Assembly (NCBI GenBank): GCA_024704765.1
Contig: JAKMXF010000199.1
Span: forward strand, 310,001 to 374,000
Reading direction: 5' to 3'
Source: Oopsacas minuta
Lineage: Eukaryota > Animalia > Porifera
DNA length: 64,000 bases
The translations under genes and the position numbers were made by a program. The notes below the pieces were generated by a model that was not told where the DNA came from, did no database searches, and saw nothing but the letters and a program-made list of their open reading frames with translations. Below, piece by piece: positions 37,288 through 49,533 of the stretch; within the stretch, counting starts at the first letter, position 1, and every line of letters starts with the position of its first letter.

Positions 37288-37802
37288 ACTTTACGAAGAT
37301 TGTGATTAGAGTAAAGTGATGATGGGATGACGTCACATCTATTTCACCATATCTCCTTCTTTCAGATATATACACGAACTATTTCAATCATTTTATGAGA
37401 TTAACGACTCGTGTAAAAATGAGGCATTTTATGTTGCGTAGCCCTTTTCGATTGTTGGGCCAAACGGCTTACACCTTATAAAATGTATATATCGAATATA
37501 ACGTAACCAACTGAGTAGATAAATTAGCAAAATTAACGAAATAAGGAATAATTCAATAAAGGAGTGGCACTAAACACACATGTGTCGTATATATGCTATC
37601 AAATTCGGTACAATTGCAGAATCTTACACCCTCAACTTTTCAATGTGGTCAAAATCCCTATATGTACTGTTCAAGAATTCGTTGAGAGAAATTGATAGAG
37701 AAAATCGAATGGAAATTGGCAAAGTTATGAAAAATTTACTTCCTAAACCAATCCTATGGGGAAATTGTATTACTTACAATAGTCAAATCCTATTGATTTA
37801 TA

Positions 37803-40648
37803 TGTTATGGGCAATATGAGAAATTGGGCATTATGCATAATGCCCAGGCAATATGCATAATGCTACTTTTTTAGTCAATATGCATAATGTCCAGGCAATA
37901 TGCATAATGCTACTCATATTGGACAATATGCATAATGCTACTCTCATTGGACAATATACGAAATACAATTATCCATACGCAATATACAATTTTCTTATCT
38001 TGTTATCAGTAATTTTTATATAACAATATGTTTTGGCTAATTATTCTTCTATAAATACTCAGCTACTTGGCTTACATTTCTTCTTTGCTAATAGTACTAT
38101 GAGGTCTCTATTTTCACAACTCTACTTATTACTGCAGCTTTGGTTGTTGTGACACCTACTGTGACATAGTCGATTTGAACGATAACACTTGCACGTAGTA
38201 CGAAGACATGTCTTCTTACAAGAGCAATGAAACATCCCTTGACCTGTCCCAACTGATTCATTGCGTGCTACTTGTCGCAAAGAAATCTCTTTTCCTGTTT
38301 GGACATCATTTATCTCCAAGAATTTATCCAGGCATGGAGTAAATTGATTTCTGGTGTAATGCGAATTCAATTGGCCGTATTTTGTACCTAGCTTGTAGGT
38401 ACCATTATGCTCAACTGCCACAACAACTGCTTTAATGTTTCGAAAGTCACCTTTACCTCGATCTACGTCGGGTAAAGGGACCATTACTGTATCCCCAATA
38501 TTTGCTTGTTTGAATCGTTTTCTAGATTGCTCGAACATTTTATCAGCCTGCACTCCTTGTATTCTTTTCGCTCCTTTTCGCTGCTGCGTAATTTGATTCG
38601 CTTGATGACATAGTCTGCATAATACAGCTGAACCAAATCCTTCTTCTTCACTTCCATTGTTTACAGAACATGGTGGTATAGCATGGCAAAAAAGCCCACA
38701 AGACATACAAGTGTGCGCTCCACTGGATATTTGTTGACATGATACACAATTATAGTTTGTTATTTCAGATTGTTGAGTGATTGATGCCGTGTCTGGGGCT
38801 ATATCGTCTTGTCCTAACATCTGTTGCTTCGAATATTCTTCTTCTGAATTCAAAATTTCTTCTAATTGCTCTTCAGTATCTAGAATAGAAGCTGCATCGA
38901 TTGTGAGGTTGGTTGAAACTACTCCTAGTTGTGGTCTTATCCCAAAAACAGATTCATAAGGAGTCCTTCCAATTCCTAAGATAGTCCAAGTATAAATGCA
39001 TACATACTATTTTATTATACATTTTTGTTATAATTATTTATCTTAAATATAGAATAATACCTGTATGTAGTCTTGTGTTAATTTTCCATTGGACGAATCT
39101 AAGTCCTTCTGACCATTTGGTTGAATTTTCGTCACGCATCCAGCAAGCAAGTATTTCTTCGACGCTCCGATTTGCCCTCTCGACTGAGCCTTGTGACTGG
39201 AAGTGTCGAGGTTTTCCGTGGACTAATCGACACTCAGGCCAGAGATTTATTACTTCCTTCACAATCTTAAAAATGTAGCCAAAAGGTGTGAAAATAAGAT
39301 TAATCAAATGATAAATCTATGTATAGGCTGATAATATTCATTCTACACAATTTAACATACCTGATTCGCAAACTCACGGCCATTATCAGACTGTAGAATA
39401 TGAGGTGCCCCTTTATCACAAAAAATATCAATCAGATGATAAGCTACCCCTTCTGCACGTTTCGATTCTAGCGCTTTTAATGTTACAAACTTAGTAAGAT
39501 GATCTTGATATGTCATAATGTATTTGTACTTGCCGTCTGGTTGGCTTTGCATATCAATAAGGTCAACCTTGATAGAAATAAGTTAATACAAACTGGAAAT
39601 ATTTCTCCGATTTACATGTCAGTTCATTATACTTGTAGAAAACAATGCTTCACTAGTCGGATTTTTGCAGCTACAATGCGAAATTTGTATAGATAAACAA
39701 TATACCTCACCTGGCATCTCGAATTGAGCTGATTGCTAATGATTGGCTTGACGACAAGAGATTTTCTGGCTTTACTTTTCTTGAGCTGGCATTTTTCGCG
39801 AAGTTGCAAATAGGTACAAATATGTTCTCTCGTAATGTTTGCATAATCTTCTGACAATTTATGTTCCATGAGTATTTTACCACTATGTCCAGTTAACAGG
39901 TGAGCTGCATGTATAATATCAAATAATTCCTCAAAGAAAACGAATTGTTGCTGCGATGCTTGTTTCTAAGCTTTTTGATTATGATACCATCAACTTGAAT
40001 TTCCAAAATTTCGAATCTTTTCACTAGTCTATAATCCTTTGGATTTTTTTGAATACTTTTATCTTCATCCAGGCTTTGTATTCGCTCTATTGTTGCTTGA
40101 TAATCATCTTTGGTGAAAAATGACATGTTCCCTGCTTTATTCTTCACAGCTTCAGCTATTTTATTCATAAATATTTCCCGAGTATTCATTTGGTAATTGG
40201 GCTATATTCTGGAAAGTATGTTTATTCAGTGTTCAAGTATGCAATACAAAGTACTAGCAAGACACATGGCCAAATATAAAGGGTCCAAGGGAGACCACAT
40301 AAAGTTGACGTACTAGGTTCAGAAGGACCACTTACGAGGTAGATTGTCCGACCAGAATGCATATAGCGGAATCTAGCATGATAGAATATCCTATATCTAC
40401 GATCAGTTTTCATGAATTGAATTAATTAAAAGTCGCATAATTATTACGAGGCTCTCTAAAACTAGCATTATGCATATTCCCTGGATATTATGCACATCGT
40501 TCAATATGAGTAGCATTATGCATATTGTCCAATATGAGTAACATTATGCATATTGCCTGGACATTATGCATATTGACTAAAAAAGTAGCATTATGCATAT
40601 TGCCTGGGCATTATGCATAATGCCCAATTTCTCATATTGCCCATAACA
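37803..40648 (-). mobile_element. Ginger-like (Gypsy-integrase-related) DNA transposon
   Basis: TGT...ACA termini; near-perfect TIRs of about 145 bp built of caatatgcataatgc repeats; 4-bp TSD TATA (37799-37802 and 40649-40652). Confidence 0.92.
38122..40189 (-). pseudogene. KRBA2/SCAND3-type integrase-like transposase, 4 exons, one frameshift in exon 1
   Basis: Exons 40189-39711, 39567-39361, 39265-39061 and 38975-38122. GT-AG introns of 143, 95 and 85 bp splice in frame. Motifs HAAH..GH, RCQVDLIDM, QSDNGREF and SQGSVERAN; Cys-rich C-terminal regions. Frameshift near 39960. Confidence 0.88.
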
Positions 40649-42656
40649 TATACATTAACACTACCATGGGAATGCGATACTGCTGATATTGGGATTAGAC
40701 ATGCTTGATCCTCAACTCTTTTTTTCGTTGATGTGATTGCTCTTCAGTGTATTTCACTGCAGGTAATTTTTGTTACTTTAAAGGAAATCTGGTTATAAGA
40801 TAATTCTGTCTGCAACACTAAATATACAGTGCAATATTGCATTGAATATTTTATACAGTTGTGCCTCGATAATTCGTAATAGTTAAGAGAATTCCTGATT
40901 ATGGCCCATATATTTGCATATATTCTGTTACCTAAATTGGCAGTTCAATTTATATTACTCCGGCTAAGGCAAACCAATTTTGATAATTCGTTTGTGTTCG
41001 TATCAAGGTTAGGGTGTATGTTAGAAACCATTCATGTACTATAAACCCCATAGTTATTGATTCAGCTTCTCTCTAGGTGCGTTAGTAATGTTGGGACAAA
41101 GTCTTCATGGATTTGTACCTATTAGAGTGGACAGAATATTATATATATATATATAACACCCCCATGGCTGGATATAATACTATGGGTAGTAGTTATGTTT
41201 GGAGTAAATAATTAGTATTTAGCTTTCTATAAATTATTTAATAACAAATCTACAATATAACAAGTACTGTTACGAAAGAAACACCAAAAGCAGAAGTATG
41301 GTAATAATTACAGGTAACTAAATTAACTATCAAAACAACAATTAGACAACTGTATATTGTTTCCTTTTTCATGATTAGGTTTAAGAAACTAGCTCGTCCA
41401 TATTTTCTCTGCCAACAAACTTCAGATAAGTGAGTATCTAAAAGTATGGAGTTAGTTGTCATACAATTCCCTCAGCCCTTTCTTCGCTCCACCCCATGCA
41501 CTTTCAACTGTTTGGGTATGTACAGCTGTAGTAGGGTCAACAAATTGAGGCTATAGTTGTGGGAGAGATGCTGAAAACATGCACAGAGATAGCATGAAAC
41601 GAGGCCAATTCGTCAGACAATATGGTAGTGCCCGAAGAAAATACCTCTGGATGAGAGGGATTAATGTTGTTGCCGAGCTATCTAGCTCAGGTATCTTAAA
41701 GATATTTTTTGTTTATCTATCTATCCCTCCAAATACCCATTGACCTGATCGCATAGGATCTCTTGAATACTTTCGATCTCTAAACTTTGATTCATCAATT
41801 TCTACAACGCCCAAGCCCTCTAATGTGTTGAGGATTGAGTAAAAATTCCTCAACACATATCCGGCCGAGAAATAGGGATATCCTGCCAACCAACGGAACA
41901 GTTGGCAAGTATTGTAACGTTTGAACGACTTCATCTACAGAATTATCTTATAACCAGCTTTCTTTTAAAGTAACAAGAATTACCTGCAGTGAAATACACT
42001 GAAGAGTAAACAAATCAACGAAAAAAAGATTTGAGGAACAAGCGTGTCTAATCTCAATATCAACAGTAACCCATTCCCATGGTAGTTGTAATGTATAAGT
42101 CAATAGGATTTGACTATAGTGAGTAATACAATTTCCTCATAGGATTGGTTGAGGAAGTAAAATTTTCGAAACTTAGCCAATTTTCATTCGATTATCTCTA
42201 TCAATTTCTCTCAACGAGTTCTTGAAAGGTGCATATAGGGACTTTTGACCACATCACAAAAGTTGGGGGATCATTTGGAAAATAGAATTTATATATTTCA
42301 TAGGACTTGATAATAAATGTTATACTTACAAAATATTAGACATACATTGCAGCTAAGTGGTAAGGAAATTTTAAGCGATCATTCATGATTTCAAGTACCC
42401 CACCCCAAAGTTATCGAATAAATTGGGGTTTTTTCGAATGTGTTGAAAATTTTCACCTCCCACTCTTGTTAATCATTTAAACATTATAGAGATCAAATCA
42501 TAATTTTTCCAGTGTGAAATGGCTGAAAGCTAGCAGATAAAGTGCAATACATTATAGCAATGCCTTAGAAATAAACAATCAAATAATGTCTTACTTAAGC
42601 AAACAAATATAAAAATCAAAATACATTCTCAAATCCCAGATATATCTAATATTGGT

Positions 42657-42895
42657 TCATAGACCAACACAAAACGATTGTATTTTCTTGAGCAAGATCT
42701 TGCAATCCTGAATAACAGTATTTGTTGTAGTTACTCCTAAGATTATCGCCTTCAATCGATATTCATCATTATACCGTTCTTGTTTGAGTTTGGTCTTGAA
42801 ATAATATGTAGTGAACATTTTATCATCACAATGAGCATCAACAACCTGCTTACCATCTACTTCAAAGTTCCTACCCATTTCTTCTGCTGATATAC
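42657..42895 (-). CDS. RPA1: Terminal exon resembling the C-terminus (DBD-C) of replication protein A 70-kDa subunit; upstream exons not found
   Basis: Acceptor ccttgttatag/G, then (G)ISAEEMG...FTTYYFKTKLKQERYNDEYRLKAIILGV...KILLKKIQSF*. This parallels the RPA70 C-terminal pattern FxFRxxxKxExYNDExRxKA. Confidence 0.75.
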
Positions 42896-43256
42896 CTATA
42901 ACAAGGATTAAATTATGTTAAAGAAATCAATTTCTGGTTGAAGATACCATTACAAGTGTGGATGAGTGCTACAAACGGAAGCAATCACAAACAGTATTCG
43001 AAACAAATATACAGAAAGTCTAGGGATCTTCGTGCTGTAACTCAAGACATAGAAGCTTAAACCCTCTTCAAGCCCCATAAATACTCAGAAGTAACAACCT
43101 CTATACAGGTGCCTATTTTTTCACATGGACAAATTGCATAATTTGGTAAATACTGATAGAAACGTGTGACAACTTATGCATACACAACAACAACACCTAT
43201 TATCAAAGGTATATAAATCTAGCTTTTCAAATTGATGATCAGTAGATATTGGCTAG

Positions 43257-44120
43257 CAGGAGCTTCAACCTTTTCAGACCACGACCTGAAGGCATAACAA
43301 AAGTTTAATTTTCAAAATATAAGTACTTACTGACATACATATATAATTCTTATATAAATTTACCATATCTACAATTCCGATAACACAAATGAATCACTTA
43401 ATGTGATTTTTGATGTTGTTTTTCATCAATAAGCTTTTGAATTCTATGATATGTTACTGCTAAACAGCAGTAGATCTTGTTCAAGATCAAGTCTATCTCT
43501 AGGCTTGGTTTGAAAACTAGCATGCAGATAATACTGCTTCACACAAATAAGTTGATGGGAATGGTATGAGTTATTTCAGGGCAATCTCCGATACTATTGA
43601 ATAGCTTCCAAACATAAACTTAAAAAGATGGCAAATCCACTCTTGAAATAAGGTTTTTGCTGCCGAATCATTTACAAGTTGAAGAAATCCGTCTGTGCTG
43701 CATCGTGATATCAGGATGAAGTCATCTATTCTCGCAAGAAAAGAATTTCGAACATGTGTAAGTATGGATATAGGTGTTTCTGGAAAGTTCTAGAGAATTC
43801 GTCTTTAAGTGATGGCAAAAGCGCTGCAATGTCATTTTGCAAAGCCTCTCTGAAACATATTTGGCAATCTTCATCATAGCTACATTGGTGAGAAAACATT
43901 GTAATCCTACCGCATATATCTTGCTACCCCGGAGGTCAAGCATTGCTTTAAAGGCAGAAAGCTTGTCTACAAAATCCATAATTCTACTAGCTTTACCTAC
44001 AATGAGAGGTTCAGAGTATTGGGTCTTCAAAAATATCACTAAGATAAGAAAGTTTAGACATCCATATATTTGAATAAGTCATGTCAATGCATCGCCTTTT
44101 GGAACACCCTCCATACTTGG
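43257..44120 (-). mobile_element. 3' part of a Buster/Charlie-type hAT, truncated by the element at 44121
   Basis: Degraded EVRWLSKG, WMSKLSYLSDIF and IPFPSTYLCEA motifs; terminal caggagcttcaacc at 43257. Confidence 0.75.
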
Positions 44121-45274
44121 TAGGCCGGATCGAGGAAAGTATACATCGTCACTTCAACTTCTACCTAGGGCAAAAGTTGCCTTTACTCTATTCTAGGAAA
44201 ATGTGAGACATAAATTTGAAAAATATTTCGAGTTGACCCTTGCGGTTTTACATTTTGCTGTGTCACTTTCCCAAACTTGACTTTAAATTGTCCAAACTTT
44301 CTAATTCCTTTGACTTAGCCCCTTTAAATCTATTATTTGGGAATGGTAAGTTGCATATTTGCTTTCGAATGGTGTATTAGGCTAATTTCTATGTCCAAAG
44401 ATATTCAAGTTATTAAGATAATTTTGTATATTTTATTATACCCTAATAATATTATCCACACCCCTTTTTTTCCGAAGATTTGCAAATGCGTAATTCTTAC
44501 AAAAAATAGTTATATCCTCACCAAACTTAGTATAATTCTGTATCTAGATCCAAATTCATCAATAGATTACCACAAAGAAATTTTACCAACTTTCCTTATC
44601 TCTTGCTCTTAACTTAGTTACCATTTATCTAGCATGGAATTTATGGTCAATTATTGTATCTAAATAAAAACTCGCTCAAATGACTCATATTATAGAGTGA
44701 TTATATTCCTATAATTTATGTAATTTTGTAGATGGTAGGATACACGCTTAGTATGGGAGTATTTCATCCTGTTTTTGGTTATCCTGGACCCATCCCAGAA
44801 AATCTACTCCCAATAAAACTAGATCTATACAATCATTATAGTATGCTTAGAAATGAAGATTCTAAATCAACTAGAGATGATATAGCGAAAGAATTAACTG
44901 AAGTATTAGTGCGTATCTATAATTTGGCTTCCATACCCACAAAATCAGAGCTCCAAATATAACAGTACATCATTTCTGATATTATTGAGAGAGCTAAATA
45001 TTACAGAAAGAGTATCCAAACAAGCAATATCCTGGCCGCGTCCAACCTATAATTCCGAATTCAATGCCTTGTTCGACGTCTCAAGTTGCAAATGCCTAAT
45101 TCAAGAAGCAAAGGTTTTGCTCTCTCAATAATATTAATGATGTACTGTTATATTTGGAGCTGTGATTTTGTGGGTATGGAAGCCAAATTATAGATACGCA
45201 CTAATACTTCAGTTAATTCTTTCGCTATATCATCTCTAGTTGATTTAGAATCCTCATTTCTAAGCATACTATAA

Positions 45275-47592
45275 CACTGCCCTGCGTCAAATTTGCTGAT
45301 TATTATCCATGGGTTGTTTTTAGTTAACTTGAGTATGCTGATTCTCAATCTGTCATCAGAATTCCCCTATTACGTCTCGTTTTTACTCAAATGTCATTTT
45401 AATGTAAGTCGATTTTTTTAAGTACACTTCCCTAGAATAAATGATTATATTTGATACATGTGTGAATTTTTGTCTTTTGAAATAAACAGATGCGTGCTTT
45501 ATTGCATTTTCTAATTAATCCCTTTAACTCTATTCTTTTCTACATAATTTTTTTTATTTTTATTTTTGTTATATACAGCTTTATTGTACTATAGTCTACT
45601 ATTTTGATATTTTATTATCATATGGCCTATCGGAGAAGGTGCAGTAATGATCCAGACGTCTTTGTTATATTTGTGGGAGTTTTATGACTTCTAAACAAAC
45701 TACGGCAATAACAGGATTTGTTAAAAAAGCATATTTAGAATATTTTGGAATGAGATTAGGTGATCAAGACAAAACATGGGCTCCACATACAGTGTGCCGA
45801 TCTTGTGTAGAAAATTTGAGACAATGGACAAAAGGAATCAGAAAGAGTTTAAGTTTTGGAATTCCAATGATATGGAGAGAGCCACAAAATCACATTAGCG
45901 ATTGTTACTTTTGTATAGCGAATATTTCCGGATTCAATGCTAAAACCAAGTCATTGATCAAGTATCCAAATTTAGATTCAGCAATACGACCCGTTCCCCA
46001 TTCTATTGATGTACCTGTTCCAAAATTTACTAATTTGGGTGTTATCTCGGAAATTGATGATTGTGAAACTAGAGATTCATTAATTAGAGAAGATGAGGAT
46101 TTTATTCCTTGTGTATTATCTCGTTCTAATTCTCCACAGTTATTTAATCAGTCTGAATTAAATGATTTGTACGTGATTTAGATTTACCTAAAGAATCTGC
46201 GGAGTTGTTAGGTTCTAGGCTAAAAGAAAAAAAACTTGCTTCTCCCAGAAACAAAATTTTACTCATATAGGAACAGAGAGATCGAATTTTTGAAATATTT
46301 CATAATGGAAGACGGATTTGTGTTTTGTCATGATGTTTCACCGCTAGTTAATGCTCTTGGATGTCCGTATGTACCTAATGATTGGAGACTCTTTATTGAT
46401 AGTTCAAAACAAAGTTTGAAATGTGTTCTACTTCATAATGGCAACAAATTTAGTTCCATACCAATTGGACATTCAGTAAGTTTAAAGGAACGATATGATA
46501 ACATGAAAATTGTGCTTCATAAAATTAATTATAACCAGCACAATTGGGTAATCTGTGGTGACTTAAAAATCATATGCATTCTTTTGGGACAGCAATCAGG
46601 ATATACAAAATACCCTTGTTTTTTATGCTTATGGGACAGTCGTGCAAAGAGCGAACACTATTCTAGACAGAGCTGGCCAGCTAGAACCAATCTTAATGTT
46701 GGAGATAAGAACATTATTCACGAGCCTCTAGTGGATCCTCTCAAGATTTTGCTTCCACCACTTCATATAAAATTAGGATTGATGAAACAGTTTGTAAGGG
46801 CATTAGATAAAGAAGGAAATTGTTTCAAATATATTACCGAGAAATTTTACTACCTAAGTGATGAAAAAAGAAAAGCCAGTATATTCGACGGTCCTCAGAT
46901 AAGACAACTTGTTCGAGATGATAATTTTTCAAATTCTATGATATGCAAAGAAAAATGTGCATGGAATGCATTTGTAGATGCCATGAAAAACTTCTTGGGA
47001 AATACGAAATCTCCTAATTATAAAATACTTGTGAATGAGTTGATTGAATCTTACAAGAATCTCGGCTGCAATATGAGTGTAAAAGTTCACTTTCTTCACA
47101 GTCATATTGACTATTTTCCAGAGAATCTTGGAGCTGTTTCCGAGGAGCAAGGTGAACGATTCCACCAAGACATAAAAACAATGGAAACACGATATCAGGG
47201 GAGGTGGGACGTTCATATGATGGCTGATTACTGCTGGTGCCTCAAGAGAGATTGTATTGATGTTATTCATGCTAGAATGTCAAAAAAACGGAAATTTACT
47301 CCTGATTCAGACTAATATATTCAAATTATTTATTAACTAAGATTATATTATCAATAAAAATTTATTGTAATTCTTAGTAAAAATTTATAAATGGCAGATT
47401 TTCACTATTTTACTTGTGAGAGGTATATGCATTCATCGATAAATATACCAATATTTAAAAATAATTTTGCAAAAAAACTAGACGTGATACGTATATTTTA
47501 CAAAATTATTCGAAATCAGTATTAAAATGTGGATTAGAAAATGTTTTGCAATAACAATCAGCAAATAAAATTTTTTTTTCCGCAGGGCTGTG
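45275..47592 (+). mobile_element. Chapaev3-like (CMC superfamily) element
   Basis: CAC...GTG termini (cactgccctgcg / cgcagggctgtg) with 3-bp TAA TSD. The empty site ctataatgattg is preserved in the opposite palindrome arm. Confidence 0.9.
45622..47315 (+). pseudogene. Chapaev3-type transposase, about 565 aa, two -1 frameshifts
   Basis: CSNDPDVFCYICG, APHTVCRSC, WREPQNHISDCYFC, LFIDSS, GDLK, PPLHIKLG, FDGPQIR and GAVSEEQGERFHQDI. Single-base losses near 45662 and 46170. Confidence 0.88.
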
Positions 47593-48569
47593 TAATGATT
47601 GTAATATCTAGTTTTATTGGGAGTAGATTTTCTGGGATGGGTCCAGGATAACCAAAAACAGGATGAAATACTCCCATACTAAGCGTGTATCCTACCATCT
47701 ACAAAATTACATAAATTATAGGAATATAATCACTCTATAATATGAGTCATTTGAGCGAGTTTTTATTTAGATACAATAATTGACCATAAATTCCATGCTA
47801 GATAAATGGTAACTAAGTTAAGAGCAAGAGATAAGGAAAGTTGGTAAAATTTCTTTGTGGTAATCTATTGATGAATTTGGATCTAGATACAGAATTATAC
47901 TAAGTTTGGTGAGGATATAACTATTTTTTGTAAGAATTATGCATTTGCAAATCTTCGGAAAAAAAGGGGTGTGGATAATATTATTAGGGTATAATAAAAT
48001 ATACAAAATTATCTTAATAACTTGAATATCTTTGGACATAGAAATTAGCCTAATACACCATTCAAAAGCAAATATGCAACTTACCATTCCCAAATAATAG
48101 ATTTAAAGGGGCTAAGTCAAAGGAATTAGAAAGTTTGGACAATTTAAAGTCAAGTTTGGGAAAGTGACACAGCAAAATGTAAAACCGCAAGGGTCAACTC
48201 GAAATATTTTTCAAATTTATGTCTCGCATTTTCCTAGAATAGAGTAAAGGCAACTTTTGTCTTGCATTGGCATGAGACGCACGATGTAACCCATGCCTCC
48301 AAAGTGCTCAATCCAGGATTTACTTCTAGGCGAATTTGTCATTATGGGTAACTCTATATATCCCTGACTATTCTTTCATTGTATTTAGCCCATGCAGATA
48401 TTTTGTGCAATTAAGATACTACTTGATTAAAAACACCATCACTTACAATATGAATATTTTAGGAAATCTGTGTAAATTAACAATACTCAAGATTTAAGCT
48501 TGAACCTCTAAATACTATTCTACGGTTCTTTAGCCAATTATAGTAATCATCAAATACCTCAAACATATC

Positions 48570-49400
48570 ATTCGTTAAGTGATCAGGGCCCTCAATGAAT
48601 ACGCGCATCATGTTCAAGCGTGTCATCGCCCATCCTGCTGCAGAGTCTTATTGTTATTAGCTTCACACTGATAAATGTACGTTTAACAGCGGATGTTACT
48701 AATAAAACCTCTACCAGTGCAGCTAAATTTGATAAGTTAGTGGAAATGCAATCAAATTGTCTCCGCTATTTATCATTTTCGATAGTACATCCTGCAAAGA
48801 GCCATTCTTGAATTGTTACAAATTATCTGCCGAAACAATTTCTATTCTGCTTCAGTTTCCTATCTATCATTGTCTGACTGTGACATCATCATCATCAACA
48901 AAGTTGAGGTGTTGCATAACACCACAAAAATTTATTAGCATCTTGATCTTTCCATACCATAGTTCCGTGATAGTTGAAGTTCGGCTAAAGGAGATTGCGA
49001 GGGTCCGAAACGGACATAAAAGAGACTAGATAAGTGCACTCGCTTCTTTTTCGGATATGGTCAATCACGCAATGATATATGGCCAACACACTGTCTGAAG
49101 AAACTGAATTTTTTCCTCTTTCATGATCACAATCTGTTCTCCACCAAGCTGAGTATAATCTGTAAAAACTAAAGAATGGTTCTTGAACCAGGTGGTGGTG
49201 TTTACTATTTCTTTAATCTCTGTTAGTCTTTCAGTAGTACGAGTGATCATTAATGGCAGACTGCAAAGGTCACTCGCTTTCCTCTGTAAAATCCTTGTAA
49301 CTTGGCAACTGAATCGAGTACATCTTCAAAGGTGTATCCCATGCTGGGATACTTTGTCATACAGCTCAAACGGCTCTTTCACGTGCAACCCATCGAATAT
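48570..49400 (-). pseudogene. ZNF862-like hAT transposase C-terminal remnant
   Basis: TTWFKNHSLVFTDYTQLG and SNLAALVEVLLVTSAVKRTF.SVKLI..RL.SRMGDDTLEH. Boundaries approximate. Confidence 0.6.
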
Positions 49401-49487
49401 CATTAGGTTTACCATTTGAATCTCAGGAGACTGGATTTCCGCTTGGATCAGGAAATGATTTTCTCCATTGTAAACTGGATCCATTTA

Positions 49488-49533
49488 ATGCTGACTGCCT
49501 GGACCGCGTCTAGCCGGTCCAGGCAGTCAGCAT
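49488..49533. repeat. Perfect GC-rich 19-bp inverted repeat with 8-nt loop
   Basis: atgctgactgcctggaccg-cgtctagc-cggtccaggcagtcagcat. Confidence 0.95.

Larger units (their letters stand above)
37628..42269 (-). mobile_element. Merlin (IS1595-related) element with about 330-bp TIRs; left TIR split by a Ginger-like insertion
   Basis: Left arm 37628-37802 plus 40653-40809 mirrors right arm 41936-42269. Internal remnant VEIDESKFRDRKY..GQWVFGGIDR and FVDPTTAVHTQTVESAW (about 41300-41900). Outer ends approximate; no TSD found. Confidence 0.8.
44121..48259. mobile_element. Fold-back (palindromic) non-autonomous hATm derivative
   Basis: Left arm 44121-44994; right arm 45119-45274 plus 47596-48259; arms near-identical and inverted; 124-bp spacer. 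Both arms correspond to the transposase-5' end of the 24352-27548 family. The outer 50 bp of the right TIR are missing. Confidence 0.9.

Noticed and set aside
37830-37960. Regularly repeated caatatgcataatgc units resembling a CRISPR array (mirrored at 40450-40620)
   Set aside because: The spacers are only a few bases long and themselves repeated, there are no cas genes, and the context is eukaryotic. These are internal repeats of the Ginger-like TIRs.
44337-44612. Near-identical 91-aa ORFs at 44337-44612 (+) and 47818-48093 (-) suggesting a duplicated gene
   Set aside because: Both are chance frames inside the two arms of the hATm palindrome, with no recognisable domain.
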